This document shows, one piece after another, positions 17,741-27,072 of a stretch of 34,707 bases of DNA. Below the pieces are notes generated by a model. It searched no databases, was not told the origin of the DNA, and saw nothing but the letters and a program-made list of their open reading frames with translations. The translations under genes were made by a program, and so were the position numbers. Origin of the DNA: a bacterium (lineage in GTDB: Bacteria > CALINM01); NCBI GenBank assembly GCA_041640455.1, contig JBEQAF010000008.1, positions 4,220-38,926 on the forward strand, given 5' to 3'. The first letter of the stretch is position 1, and each line of letters starts with the position of its first letter.

Positions 17741-18022
17741 CTATCCTAAATAATAAAACTTCGGATCTCTCGGTTGAATCGCTATACCCAAGGTATGAGT
17801 CCTACTTCTGCCATCCATAGGAAATATGTGGATCCTGTCCTCTTCCATGTTTATTATCATGTATAAGCCTTTTATTACCGATAAAAGCTCTGTATCAGTT
17901 AAAAAGCACTCATAAACCGATTTCTGCCCTCCAGTGCTAAAATTTTTCAAAAAATGATGAACCTTTGCTAACCTTTTTTCGTTTCTTATATCATAGGCAA
18001 TGATGTAAAGCACTCTTGCCAT
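17741..18022 (-). CDS. cas2: Cas2 (first copy)
   Basis: YIIAYDIRNEKRL, QKSVYEC, EEDRIHIF. Confidence 0.93.
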   Translation of the reverse strand: MARVLYIIAYDIRNEKRLAKVHHFLKNFSTGGQKSVYECFLTDTELLSVIKGLYMIINMEEDRIHIFPMDGRSRTHTLGIAIQPRDPKFYYLG

Positions 18023-18032
18023 AAAAACATCC

Positions 18033-18329
18033 TTAATGCTTGTAACGTTTTAAAGAATGGTTTTTAAATCCAGTTAAAAGAGTAACAGAACCATTATTAT
18101 GCTCATGAAATATCAGGTGAGTTCCTTCTAAACTGCTAATGTCAGTTCCAAGTGCTCTTGCCTTTTTTACCTCTTTTTTACCTACGAAATAAACTAATGC
18201 CCCATTTGCATAAAACTGCCTACCATAATTAAGAACAAGCTCTATGCTAACATGATTTATTCTTCTCGCATTGAGCCTTGAAGCCGCATGGTCTGTAACA
18301 ATAATTTTTTTTGTAGTTGTCCTGTTCAT
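18033..18329 (-). CDS. DUF4258-like small basic protein (predicted RelE/BECR-type RNase fold)
   Basis: TDHAASRLNARRI matches the T-x-HA-xx-R-M/L-xx-R-x-I pattern; C-terminal LLTGF strand; GGAGG RBS. Confidence 0.6.
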   Translation of the reverse strand: MNRTTTKKIIVTDHAASRLNARRINHVSIELVLNYGRQFYANGALVYFVGKKEVKKARALGTDISSLEGTHLIFHEHNNGSVTLLTGFKNHSLKRYKH

Positions 18330-18396
18330 AGCTTTTACCTCCTAAAATTTTTATATATAAAATCTTAGGAGTAATTTGAGAGTAAACAAACAAAAA

Positions 18397-18416
18397 CAAC
18401 GTTTCCAAAAACATTT
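18397..18416. promoter_or_regulatory. Putative operator box, copy upstream of the adaptation operon
   Basis: CAACGTTT-CCAA-AAACATTT, 17/20 identical to the box at 25944-25963. Confidence 0.55.
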
Positions 18417-18488
18417 CTTATGGAAAAAGATTGGGAATACTAAGATGTAAGCTCAGTATTTTGGGAACAAAAGTTAATTTATAAATAA

Positions 18489-18743
18489 TCAATAGGGTGA
18501 ATGATCAAATATGACCACGTCTCCTGTTACAGGGGATCGATATATCAGCTTTCTTGCCTTACCATGAAGGGCATGGGCAATCTTTAAATATAACCAGATG
18601 GGACCTGCTCCTGTAAGGACTACCTCATTTCCCTCTTTAACTATCTCTTTTGCAGCTTTTACATAGTTTTCAAGCTCAGAAAGCTTGGCTGTTTCAGTGT
18701 CTTTATAGAGTGATTCCATATTGATGATTATCTGATCCTGCAT
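18489..18743 (-). CDS. csx3: Csx3/Crn3-like ring nuclease (short form)
   Basis: VVLTGAGPIWLY..IAHALH and PVTGDVVIFDH resemble Csx3 GRGPIWLY...H and DPRLGAVVVxSH; 1-bp overlap with the upstream effector gene. Confidence 0.72.
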   Translation of the reverse strand: MQDQIIINMESLYKDTETAKLSELENYVKAAKEIVKEGNEVVLTGAGPIWLYLKIAHALHGKARKLIYRSPVTGDVVIFDHSPY

Positions 18744-19891
18744 TATAGCCCTCTTATCTTTGATTTTATAAAACCGCCTAAATCTATAATCTCATTGGGA
18801 TGCACAATATCAGTAAAACACTGCTTACCTCTTTTTATAACATTATCTTTAATCTGGTTGTTCTTATCTAATATATCTCGGCTGGTCGATACCAAAAAGC
18901 CTCTGACCCTCAAGCCAAACTCTTGTTGTAATGCACTTATCTTGTAAAGAAAATCGCTATATTTTTCTTCTCTGGTTCCAAGGGTTTTACACTCTATTAT
19001 ATAAAGGGCATTATCTTTTGTAAACATAACATCAAACTCATTGCTAACACCTTTTGAACTTTCAAGCTCTATCTCAGTTGCACAGTCATCTACATTTAGA
19101 TTTGATATTACATTGAAGCAGTAGGTAGATAACCAGTCGCCTGTTAAAAATCTTATCTCTTCTTTTAAGAGAGTTTTAATTTTTGTTTCGCCACGAATTT
19201 CAATTTTTTCTAAAAATTCAGCTTCTTTAGCATTTCTAAGTTCATAATTAAGTTTATAGGGGAAATTTTTGTCGTCTCTATGTCCACACAGATCAACATA
19301 AAGCTTACGTAAAAGATTTTCTATTTCAGTATAATTTTCTACCATCCATTGACTTAAGCTTTCATTGTTTTTTGCCAGGTTTTTAAGGTTCTCTAATTTA
19401 TTTTTATTTCTAACCTTTACACCATAGGCAGTTACATAGGCTTCAACAGAAACTCTGAGCTCAAGAGGGGTTATGGCACCATCCTTATCATCTTTGGGCT
19501 TTATTGTAATAAACTCATTTTTAGGGATAGGTATGTATATTATATGGCCTACTCTATCTCTAAAACACTCGTAGGCTGCTAATGACATGATCTTTGTGCC
19601 ACCAGTAATATTAACTACCATCTTATCATCCTTATGTTTGTTTACAATCTCAGCAATTTTTGACTGACATTCCTCAAAACTATCCTGATTCATTTTGACT
19701 CTTTCATGCTTATCTATAGCAGTGTAATCTAAACCATATATCTTCAAAGCGTTTAAAATAAAGTCTGTTCTTTTCTCTGCTTCCATTCTCTCAGTTGTAA
19801 GAAATATGAGCCTGTCTGGCTTAAAATGATAAATGCTTAAAATGTTTGGAATGGTCTGCTCTGACACGATGCAGATGTGAATATTTTGCAT
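18743..19891 (-). CDS. Can2/Card1-like CARF plus PD-(D/E)XK nuclease (DUF1887)
   Basis: CARF motifs VSEQTIPN and NITGGTKIMS; nuclease motif NEFDV...IIECKT; start refined to ATG 19891 after AAGGGG. Confidence 0.85.
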   Translation of the reverse strand: MQNIHICIVSEQTIPNILSIYHFKPDRLIFLTTERMEAEKRTDFILNALKIYGLDYTAIDKHERVKMNQDSFEECQSKIAEIVNKHKDDKMVVNITGGTKIMSLAAYECFRDRVGHIIYIPIPKNEFITIKPKDDKDGAITPLELRVSVEAYVTAYGVKVRNKNKLENLKNLAKNNESLSQWMVENYTEIENLLRKLYVDLCGHRDDKNFPYKLNYELRNAKEAEFLEKIEIRGETKIKTLLKEEIRFLTGDWLSTYCFNVISNLNVDDCATEIELESSKGVSNEFDVMFTKDNALYIIECKTLGTREEKYSDFLYKISALQQEFGLRVRGFLVSTSRDILDKNNQIKDNVIKRGKQCFTDIVHPNEIIDLGGFIKSKIRGL

Positions 19892-20008
19892 AAAGCACCC
19901 CTTTTTTAAATAGTTCTTAGGCAAATCTTTTAATCATTTCTTACCTAAATGCCCGCCCTACTGATAAAGGCTTTTTTGGCATTAATTAGTTAACTCAACA
20001 TCTTGCTT

Positions 20009-21136
20009 TTACATATCACATAACTCTAAAGCAGCCCAGCCAAAGGGGGATACATTTTCAAAGCTATCAAGTTTTGGCTTGTTAGCTGCAAGCCAAAAAG
20101 TAGTAGAATGATCCAGAATCAAATCTTCTTTGTTTTTCCCCTGTCTAACACTAATCCGCCTGTTCCCCTCTATTGTAACCGCTTCTGCTCCAGAGTGCTT
20201 TCCGATTCGAACAAGAAATACACTTTTTTTAAACTTATCAACAAATTTTTTGTTCGCCAATAGACCCGCTGGATGGGAGATGTTAAATAAATTTTTGAGC
20301 ACCTCCTTTTCTTTTTTAAAATTTTCCACAAAAAAGGCATGAGATGATTTTAGAAGGGTTTGTAAGTCCTTAATTGGATTTTTAATTATCTTATCAGATA
20401 GTGGTTTATCTAAATTTATAAAACCTTCAAAGATGGCTTCTTCTTTTATTATCTCCATGATAGTGTATACGCTTCTCCCACTTGATCGAGTCTTTGTATC
20501 AGTGTTTACCTTCTTTTTGTTTACGGCATAGACGATTGCTTTATTTACATGCCCAACAGGTAAAAGGTCTGAAACTTTAATCATCCTAAACGGATCCATG
20601 GACATCCTATCTTTACCTTCCTTAATATCTAAAAGCAGCAACTCCAGGGCAATAGCTTCTTTATCTTTAAAATTTGATATGTTTTTATCCTTTGCCTACA
20701 TACTTAAATAGGCTGTTCTTAATGCACCTTTTAGAGAAGAGCCTGGAATGTAGGGACTGTTGGTTATACTATTGTAAGCAGTTTTTTGAATGTTAAACTG
20801 ATTGATTAGTGTTTTGTTATCAACTTTATTCTGAGCCAAGATCTTTTTATAATGATCTAAAAGATAATCAGACACAGAGATTTCTCTGCCTTTTAATTCT
20901 AATTTGTAATACCTTCTAACAGCTTTAAAAATATCAAGCAGTTTATCGCTTAAAACAGCCCTGTTAAACTCTTCTTTCTCCTTCTCATTAAGGCTATTTA
21001 TAAAATCAAATGGTAAAAACTCGATTAACTTCTTCCGTACCTCATCTATTACAAAACTTGTGGGCTCATATGCCTCATCACAACCAATGTGTGTGGGTGA
21101 TAGAATGTGAAGTCTTATTTTAAAAGGTTTATTCAT
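20009..21136 (-). pseudogene. csm5: Csm5 interrupted by a single in-frame TAG at 20696-20698
   Basis: LSPTHIG, PYIPGSSLKGALRTA, then ATG-TAG-GCA; the same frame continues to DPFRMIKVSD, RIGKHSG, PFGW; 375 codons in total. Confidence 0.85.
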
Positions 21137-22166
21137 TTATTCCCTCCACTTTTATGGGAATGAAAAGAGAATACCCCTGACAGACAGTTTCTTTGTTTGC
21201 CTTTGAAAGATCTCTGATTGCAGATCCGATGTATGGCTTTTTTATAGCATTCTCTCTTAAAATTAATACCGCGCCTTCGTCTGCCATTATTACCGGGTTT
21301 TTAAAGGGCTTTCCAGAAGTTGCCAGGATATCACCATGCCTGCCAAATCTTACAAAGGGTGTGAAAAATATGTCTGTAAACTCATTTTCTTGGGGCAATG
21401 AAGGTGAGAGCGTGTAAAGGGCATTAAAATTTTCTACCCCTAACTCTTCTATTTTTACCTCACTAAAACCAGCTACTTCAAATTTTCCAAGCCCTATGGA
21501 AGCATCTTTGCCAAAACCTGTTTTGCCTATTCTTGATAGTGCAGTGGTTAGCTGCTCTATTTTTATATCTTCTCGCAGACCTGCAAATATAGCAAGCGTA
21601 GCTCCAGGAACGAAAACTACCTGATCAACTGTGTATGGCGAAAACATATCTCCCTCACCTGTAGTTCCTAAAATCCTGTTTATTGAATTGTGAGGTTGAG
21701 TAAACTCCGTAAGATATGATCCTTTAGACCTCTTGCCAGTAAGCCTTTTTATTTCATCAGATCCTGAAGAGACAAAAAGATTAAACAACTCTCTATCATT
21801 TAAATAGATCTCATGAGTTCTTAAATTTTTTAGCGGCTTTTCTTTGCTTACCATCATCCACCATTTTGCTTTTAGCTCCTTTCTTTTTTCAATGGTATCT
21901 TTTTTATTGCTACTGGCAAAGTCAAAGAGTACACTCTGAGGCAAGTCAGGGCGCTTTAGCGCATAGCTATTATTTATTATAGGAAATGCAGATGAGACAA
22001 CTAAAAAAGGATTATCTGAATAGTCCTTAAGTAGATTAGAAATCGAGGCGCCAAATAATTTTTCATCATAGGCTGCCTGCCAGCAGATCTGACCGAATAA
22101 AGTATCTCCCTTTAAAGGTGTCCCAAAACCTGAGAGTGGTTTGATTTTTATTTCATATGTTTTCAT
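21129..22166 (-). CDS. csm4: Type III-A RAMP protein Csm4
   Basis: GDTLFG, SSAFP, GFGKDASIGLGKF; lies between csm3 and csm5. Confidence 0.92.
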   Translation of the reverse strand: MKTYEIKIKPLSGFGTPLKGDTLFGQICWQAAYDEKLFGASISNLLKDYSDNPFLVVSSAFPIINNSYALKRPDLPQSVLFDFASSNKKDTIEKRKELKAKWWMMVSKEKPLKNLRTHEIYLNDRELFNLFVSSGSDEIKRLTGKRSKGSYLTEFTQPHNSINRILGTTGEGDMFSPYTVDQVVFVPGATLAIFAGLREDIKIEQLTTALSRIGKTGFGKDASIGLGKFEVAGFSEVKIEELGVENFNALYTLSPSLPQENEFTDIFFTPFVRFGRHGDILATSGKPFKNPVIMADEGAVLILRENAIKKPYIGSAIRDLSKANKETVCQGYSLFIPIKVEGINE

Positions 22167-22180
22167 AAAAAAGCACCCTG

Positions 22181-22903
22181 CTAAAATGGAATAATTTTAT
22201 CAAAGTCAAGTGGTTGATTATTTAGTTTCAAATTTTCAAATTTTATCCTGCCATAGCCTCTACTGCCACAACCTCCCAGGGCATCGTATTCAAGAAGCTT
22301 TAAGCCCTTAAGTAGATATTCAAACAGATCCTTATCTTCTGGCTCTAAAATTTTAAATGTGAGGCTAAAGCTAAATCTTGTTCCTTCAGGTACTCTCTCC
22401 ATAAAACGAGGATGCTCTGCTGTGCCTGTTATCCTGTTAATAGTGTTTTCTGAGTTAATCTCTGTTAGCTGCCAGCGCTTTGACTGAGCCTCTCTCTTCC
22501 AGGCATCCTCAAGATAGCAGTCTGCAAAATATACTCTGGTTGGACCAAGCTCCTGATTTTCTTCACTTTCTGCAGCACTGGCTCCAAAAATTTTCAATAT
22601 TTTAATAACATTTTCTTTGAGATCATAATTGTCATCTGGAACTGCTTTTAAAATCTTGCGAGTAACGAGCCCGCCTTCCTTTGCAGCATAAGGGATAAGA
22701 CCACTTTGCATCTCAAGAAGTGAGCGTACTTTACCTTTCAGAGATGACCCAGGTATATAAGGCTCTAACGTATGGGGATGTTTTATAACTGGATTGTCAG
22801 TACCACCTATATGCATTTCCATATTACCTGAGCCTATATGTAAACCACTTTTTAAAACTATTGTACCTTCAAGTCTCTTAATCTCTATTAGCTTAAGATT
22901 CAT
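22181..22903 (-). CDS. csm3: Type III-A backbone RNase Csm3
   Basis: GLHIG, IGGTDNPV (catalytic Asp present), PYIPGSSLKGKVRS, LGGCGSRGYG. Confidence 0.95.
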   Translation of the reverse strand: MNLKLIEIKRLEGTIVLKSGLHIGSGNMEMHIGGTDNPVIKHPHTLEPYIPGSSLKGKVRSLLEMQSGLIPYAAKEGGLVTRKILKAVPDDNYDLKENVIKILKIFGASAAESEENQELGPTRVYFADCYLEDAWKREAQSKRWQLTEINSENTINRITGTAEHPRFMERVPEGTRFSFSLTFKILEPEDKDLFEYLLKGLKLLEYDALGGCGSRGYGRIKFENLKLNNQPLDFDKIIPF

Positions 22904-22917
22904 CTTCTTTTACCTCC

Positions 22918-23349
22918 TTAATTCTGGCTATTTTTATTTTTTTCCCATTCATTGGTATAGTACTTGTAAAATCCCATAAAAGCCTCAAATAATGTAGCAA
23001 AGATGTAAAAATCTTCTAAAGTCTTAATCTGATTTAGTGACTGATATATAAAGTCTTTAAACTCTTTTGTTACCAACTCCCTTCCCATAGCATAGGTAAC
23101 CTTCGCGTTGAGCATTTTTAAATAGGGCAAAATCTTTTCAAACTCTTCTTCCTGTTTTTCAGCAGGCAAACTTTTTAAGATGGCATCAAATCTTATAACC
23201 TCATCATAAAATTTGCGGATCTGCGTAATTTTGTTCAGTTTACCCCTGCTTCTGTCCAATCCTTTAAAGATCTCTATTGCAATATTTTCAGCTTTTGAGG
23301 AGAATAAGTCAGGATCAAGCTTTCCGTTTACTTTAAACTGTACATTCAT
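22918..23349 (-). CDS. csm2: Type III-A small subunit Csm2
   Basis: TQIRKFYD, KVTYAMGR, FEAFMGFYKY. Confidence 0.92.
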   Translation of the reverse strand: MNVQFKVNGKLDPDLFSSKAENIAIEIFKGLDRSRGKLNKITQIRKFYDEVIRFDAILKSLPAEKQEEEFEKILPYLKMLNAKVTYAMGRELVTKEFKDFIYQSLNQIKTLEDFYIFATLFEAFMGFYKYYTNEWEKNKNSQN

Positions 23350-25880
23350 TTTGTTTGCCTCCTTTTTCTATTTTTATAAATTATCTGCCAGAGGGGGATT
23401 CTTAGTGCTAATCCATATTTTTCAAACCACTCTGATGCGCCCATCACCTCTTCCAATAGCTTGGCTCTTTCTTCTGCTTTCAGATCCTTGCCAATGTTTC
23501 TAACTACTGTATATTTAAACATTGAACGCCATTTAAGGCATTCGAGGTCTTCAATGCTAATATATGCCCTTGCCCTGACCTCCTCTTCCTGCCTTCTCAT
23601 CTCAATAAACTCATTAAATCTAAAGATCATAGAGGAGTTAATCTTTTCCCTCTCGAGCCAGTTCTGAATAATTTTTTTTATGTCCTCAAGATCTACAAAA
23701 CTGGACCATTTTGTGGTTGTCCCAAAGATTGTTATACTATCTCTTTTGTTTGCTTTAGATGCCAGCAAGGCATCTTCTGCAGTTTTAGCAAAGGTAAGAA
23801 CTGGCGTACAGTCTTTGTGAATAGCTATACCTGCAGAGATCGTAATATATCTGTTGTAACAAACATATTTTTTAAAAGTAGTGTTAAGAAATGATGCAAA
23901 ATCAATAATCCTATTCCATGGTCCTATTAGGAAAAGGTCATCACCCCCAGCAAAGACCGTATATATATTTTTAAATTTTTCTTCCGTACTCAGTTTATAA
24001 GGAATAAAGAGGCAGAAAAAGTTATTAAGCTGCCTGCTAAAGGTGGCAATTCTTGATATGGTGAACATTTCCTTCCTAAAACCACAGCTAAATAACAACC
24101 CAAGATTGTCCACATCGGCTTTTAATATGCCCAGCGCATCCACTCCCTTATTATCAAAATTAAGCGCTTCAAGAGCAATATCAGCAAATGTTTTAGGCGT
24201 ATTTTTCTTTACTTCAGAATCATTTGACTCATCACTGTCATCATATTTCGGGACATAGCCATTGATAAACTTGGAAGTTACTGTTTTCTCAATGGATTCT
24301 AAGCCTATTATACTTATGTCCCACCACTTAACAACCTTATCTAACTTTAAGTTTAGATCTTCTGATTTTTCTGCAAATGAAAGCTGATAGCTTCCATATA
24401 TAGGCTCATACAATCGATTAGCTTTATTGTAGTCCGTTTCTCCTTCAGTTATTACTAACTGATTTTTTTTCACAAGATTTTCCCCAATAAATATGTGATC
24501 TCTACAGATGCTACAAGAATTATCTTGCTTTATATTTACACCTTTTTCAGCGGGTCTTCTATTGCAAAAGGGGCACACTCCAGATTCCCTGTCAAAAGAG
24601 TCAAGGTAATCTTTTACAGAGCCTCCATATTTTAATAAATTTATTTTTTTAAACTTCCTTTCATCGGATTTTTTTGAAACCTTCTCCCATAGCTCCATGA
24701 ATCTGCCTTTTACAAAATCACTGCAAGATGCCTCTGTAAACGATAACCCCATAGAAGCCTGACCATAAAAATGCTTTATTAGCCAGTCATTAATCTCACC
24801 GTCAAGCTCTTTCACTGTTTTTTTTGCATTTTCAGTGTTTTGGGCTAAAATGGTAAATTTTCCTGCCGCATTTAAAACAACAGATAGAAAAGTGAGCTCA
24901 AGCTGCTTGCAGACCATATGAGCAGCCAGTTCAGTTAGTATGGAAATATAGAAAGATCTTCCTCTCAAAAGTTTTGCCGCTGCCTTCTGGGTAAGACCTC
25001 CCTCGGTAAATATAAAGTCTTGAATGCCATAAAAATCTCCTGTGATGATCAAAAACTTCTCTACTTCATAATCTTTAATAGCATTTATGTCACCTAAAGA
25101 GTTTGTTTCTTGATGATATTTATAGAGCGCCGATGCTATAGCAGAGGTGGTCTTGCAATGATCATATAAAGACACATCTGGCACAACAGAGCCAACCGTA
25201 GCAGCAGGTATGTGGGATGCGTAGATCATAAACAAACTATCAAAATGTTCAAACCAGAGTTCAATTTTATTTATGTGTTTCAACTGCTTTAAAGCCTCAC
25301 AAAAGCTCTTAAACAGCTCACTATATTCATTTTTGGAACTCTCTTTGTCAATATCGCTGTATTTAACAGGGAATATATTTAAGGGAGACAGTTCCTTTAA
25401 AGGGTATCGGTGGCTATATTCTTCGATGGATTTTTTTATTTCTTTTTCTTCCAGGCTGATACCCTCAAAAATAGGCAGTAGTCGCGTCTTTATATACTCC
25501 TTTATGGATATTTCCTTGCTTTTATCTTCAAATTCAGATCTATCAAAACCGCTGCTTATTCTATCTGCTATTGCAACAATCCATTGCAATGGTTTGTCAG
25601 GATCAGGATTATGATGACCGGCAGATAAATTAAAAAAAGAATCCCCTTCTCCCCATTTAGCTCTATTAAATTCATCTGGCAAACAATCTTTAAACTTATC
25701 AAAAAAAGCTGCTGTATATAGTGCATGTTTATGAGATAAAAAACCTTTATAGTAAGGCTGTAAATAACCATATTTTTGCTGATAATCCTCAGGTATCTCC
25801 ATTTCTGCCCTTTCGGCAAATTTGCCAATATCATGGAGATAGGATGAAAATGCAATCTTTAATAATAATGTATCTGTCAT
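23346..25880 (-). CDS. cas10: Cas10/Csm1 with intact HD nuclease and Palm cyclase motifs
   Basis: LHDIGKF, GHH, ADRISSG, GDFYGIQDFIF, LRGRSFY, CPFC/CSIC, KADVDNLG, AGGDDLF. Confidence 0.96.
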   Translation of the reverse strand: MTDTLLLKIAFSSYLHDIGKFAERAEMEIPEDYQQKYGYLQPYYKGFLSHKHALYTAAFFDKFKDCLPDEFNRAKWGEGDSFFNLSAGHHNPDPDKPLQWIVAIADRISSGFDRSEFEDKSKEISIKEYIKTRLLPIFEGISLEEKEIKKSIEEYSHRYPLKELSPLNIFPVKYSDIDKESSKNEYSELFKSFCEALKQLKHINKIELWFEHFDSLFMIYASHIPAATVGSVVPDVSLYDHCKTTSAIASALYKYHQETNSLGDINAIKDYEVEKFLIITGDFYGIQDFIFTEGGLTQKAAAKLLRGRSFYISILTELAAHMVCKQLELTFLSVVLNAAGKFTILAQNTENAKKTVKELDGEINDWLIKHFYGQASMGLSFTEASCSDFVKGRFMELWEKVSKKSDERKFKKINLLKYGGSVKDYLDSFDRESGVCPFCNRRPAEKGVNIKQDNSCSICRDHIFIGENLVKKNQLVITEGETDYNKANRLYEPIYGSYQLSFAEKSEDLNLKLDKVVKWWDISIIGLESIEKTVTSKFINGYVPKYDDSDESNDSEVKKNTPKTFADIALEALNFDNKGVDALGILKADVDNLGLLFSCGFRKEMFTISRIATFSRQLNNFFCLFIPYKLSTEEKFKNIYTVFAGGDDLFLIGPWNRIIDFASFLNTTFKKYVCYNRYITISAGIAIHKDCTPVLTFAKTAEDALLASKANKRDSITIFGTTTKWSSFVDLEDIKKIIQNWLEREKINSSMIFRFNEFIEMRRQEEEVRARAYISIEDLECLKWRSMFKYTVVRNIGKDLKAEERAKLLEEVMGASEWFEKYGLALRIPLWQIIYKNRKRRQTK

Positions 25881-25943
25881 CTTCTCCCTCCAGTTTTTCC
25901 TGTTGAATATCTAACACTAAATTTTTATTTTTTCCAACATAAG

Positions 25944-25963
25944 AAACGTTTCCGAAAACGTTT
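25944..25963. promoter_or_regulatory. Putative operator box upstream of cas10
   Basis: AAACGTTT-CCGA-AAACGTTT (two palindromic octamers); downstream TTGGAA (25937-25932), 17 bp, TTAGAT (25914-25909). Confidence 0.6.
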
Positions 25964-27064
25964 TTATTCGCTAATATCAATTTTGTCTTTACTCAAATTT
26001 AAATAATATCTTGTCTCACCATATCTTGTTTCAGAATGGATTCTGTAGCTGAAATAACGTAAATCATCCCCGATATTTAGTCTAAGCTTTTCGTTTATTT
26101 TTGCAATTTTTGAGGCTAATGTGGTATCTCTTAAGTTTTTAGCCATACCATCTATATCTTTTAATTTAGTATGCTCTGTTTTTTCCAAATATTTTTTGTA
26201 TGTTTCCTTCAGTTCTTTATCCCATCGGTGTTTTGGCAAATAACAGCTCTTACACCCTTTACAGTTTTTATTTTTACAATTTTTTCTTCTTTCAAGAATA
26301 AGAGCATATATAGAAAGGAGTGTGGGGGGGAGTTTGAATTCAGTTTTTCCAATCTTTACAAGATTGCTTTTCAGTCTAATTTTTATTTTATCCAGAATAC
26401 TCTCTTCTATAAACTTCTGACTGTCTTTAACTGCCTGGAAAAAATTTTCTGCTTTTATATCTACTTTGCCTCCCAGTCTTATAAATGGGAGTTCGGCTAT
26501 TTCTATTTTTGCATCTCTTGTATTTATTATTCTGCCATCATTCGTTTTTATATCCACGTCCTGTTTGGGTTTATAAAAAAAGTTTTTGTTTGTTTCGAAC
26601 TCAGGAGAAACAAGCACATGATATAACTTATCCTGTAGCCTTCCATATAACTGAAGGGCAGCACCCAAATAAAAGCTCATGGTCTTTCTTCCACCTGCTA
26701 TGGAACAATGAAGCTCTGTATCTTGATCTTTTGATAGATTTTTTATCAACTCATGAATAAGATTTGCCATTATCTCATTGTCTTCGCTGGTTCTTATATC
26801 ATAAACAGGTACCCCATCTTTATAATGAGGAACTTCGTATCGGATTTTAAATTCTGGTATATTGTATTCTTCACACAATTTTCTTAAAATTCCTTGACCT
26901 TCTAAGAACTGCTTAGCCACTTTTGAACCTTCGGAGGTTGTTATTACAATTATTTCATTGGGATGAATGGGTGGGGTTTGATTATTTAAAGCATAAATGG
27001 TCTCAGTTATAATCTGAGGCGTCTGCCCTGAAACAAATACGAATATTTTTTTCATGGGGCTCAT
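25964..27064 (-). CDS. NE0113-family CRISPR-associated CARF protein with C-terminal Cys-rich / HTH-like extension
   Basis: GQTPQIITETIYAL, DIRT, HCSIAGGRKTMSFY, LYHVLV, LPFIRL; C-terminal CKNKNCKGCKSC, LASKIAKINEKL, YGETRYYL; start could be 27082, 27064 or 27055. Confidence 0.85.
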   Translation of the reverse strand: MSPMKKIFVFVSGQTPQIITETIYALNNQTPPIHPNEIIVITTSEGSKVAKQFLEGQGILRKLCEEYNIPEFKIRYEVPHYKDGVPVYDIRTSEDNEIMANLIHELIKNLSKDQDTELHCSIAGGRKTMSFYLGAALQLYGRLQDKLYHVLVSPEFETNKNFFYKPKQDVDIKTNDGRIINTRDAKIEIAELPFIRLGGKVDIKAENFFQAVKDSQKFIEESILDKIKIRLKSNLVKIGKTEFKLPPTLLSIYALILERRKNCKNKNCKGCKSCYLPKHRWDKELKETYKKYLEKTEHTKLKDIDGMAKNLRDTTLASKIAKINEKLRLNIGDDLRYFSYRIHSETRYGETRYYLNLSKDKIDISE

Positions 27065-27072
27065 TGTACTGA

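Noticed and set aside
20696..20698. Genome-wide TAG recoding as the explanation for the csm5 stop
   Set aside because: pfkA, htpX and csm3 end at TAG at their expected C-termini
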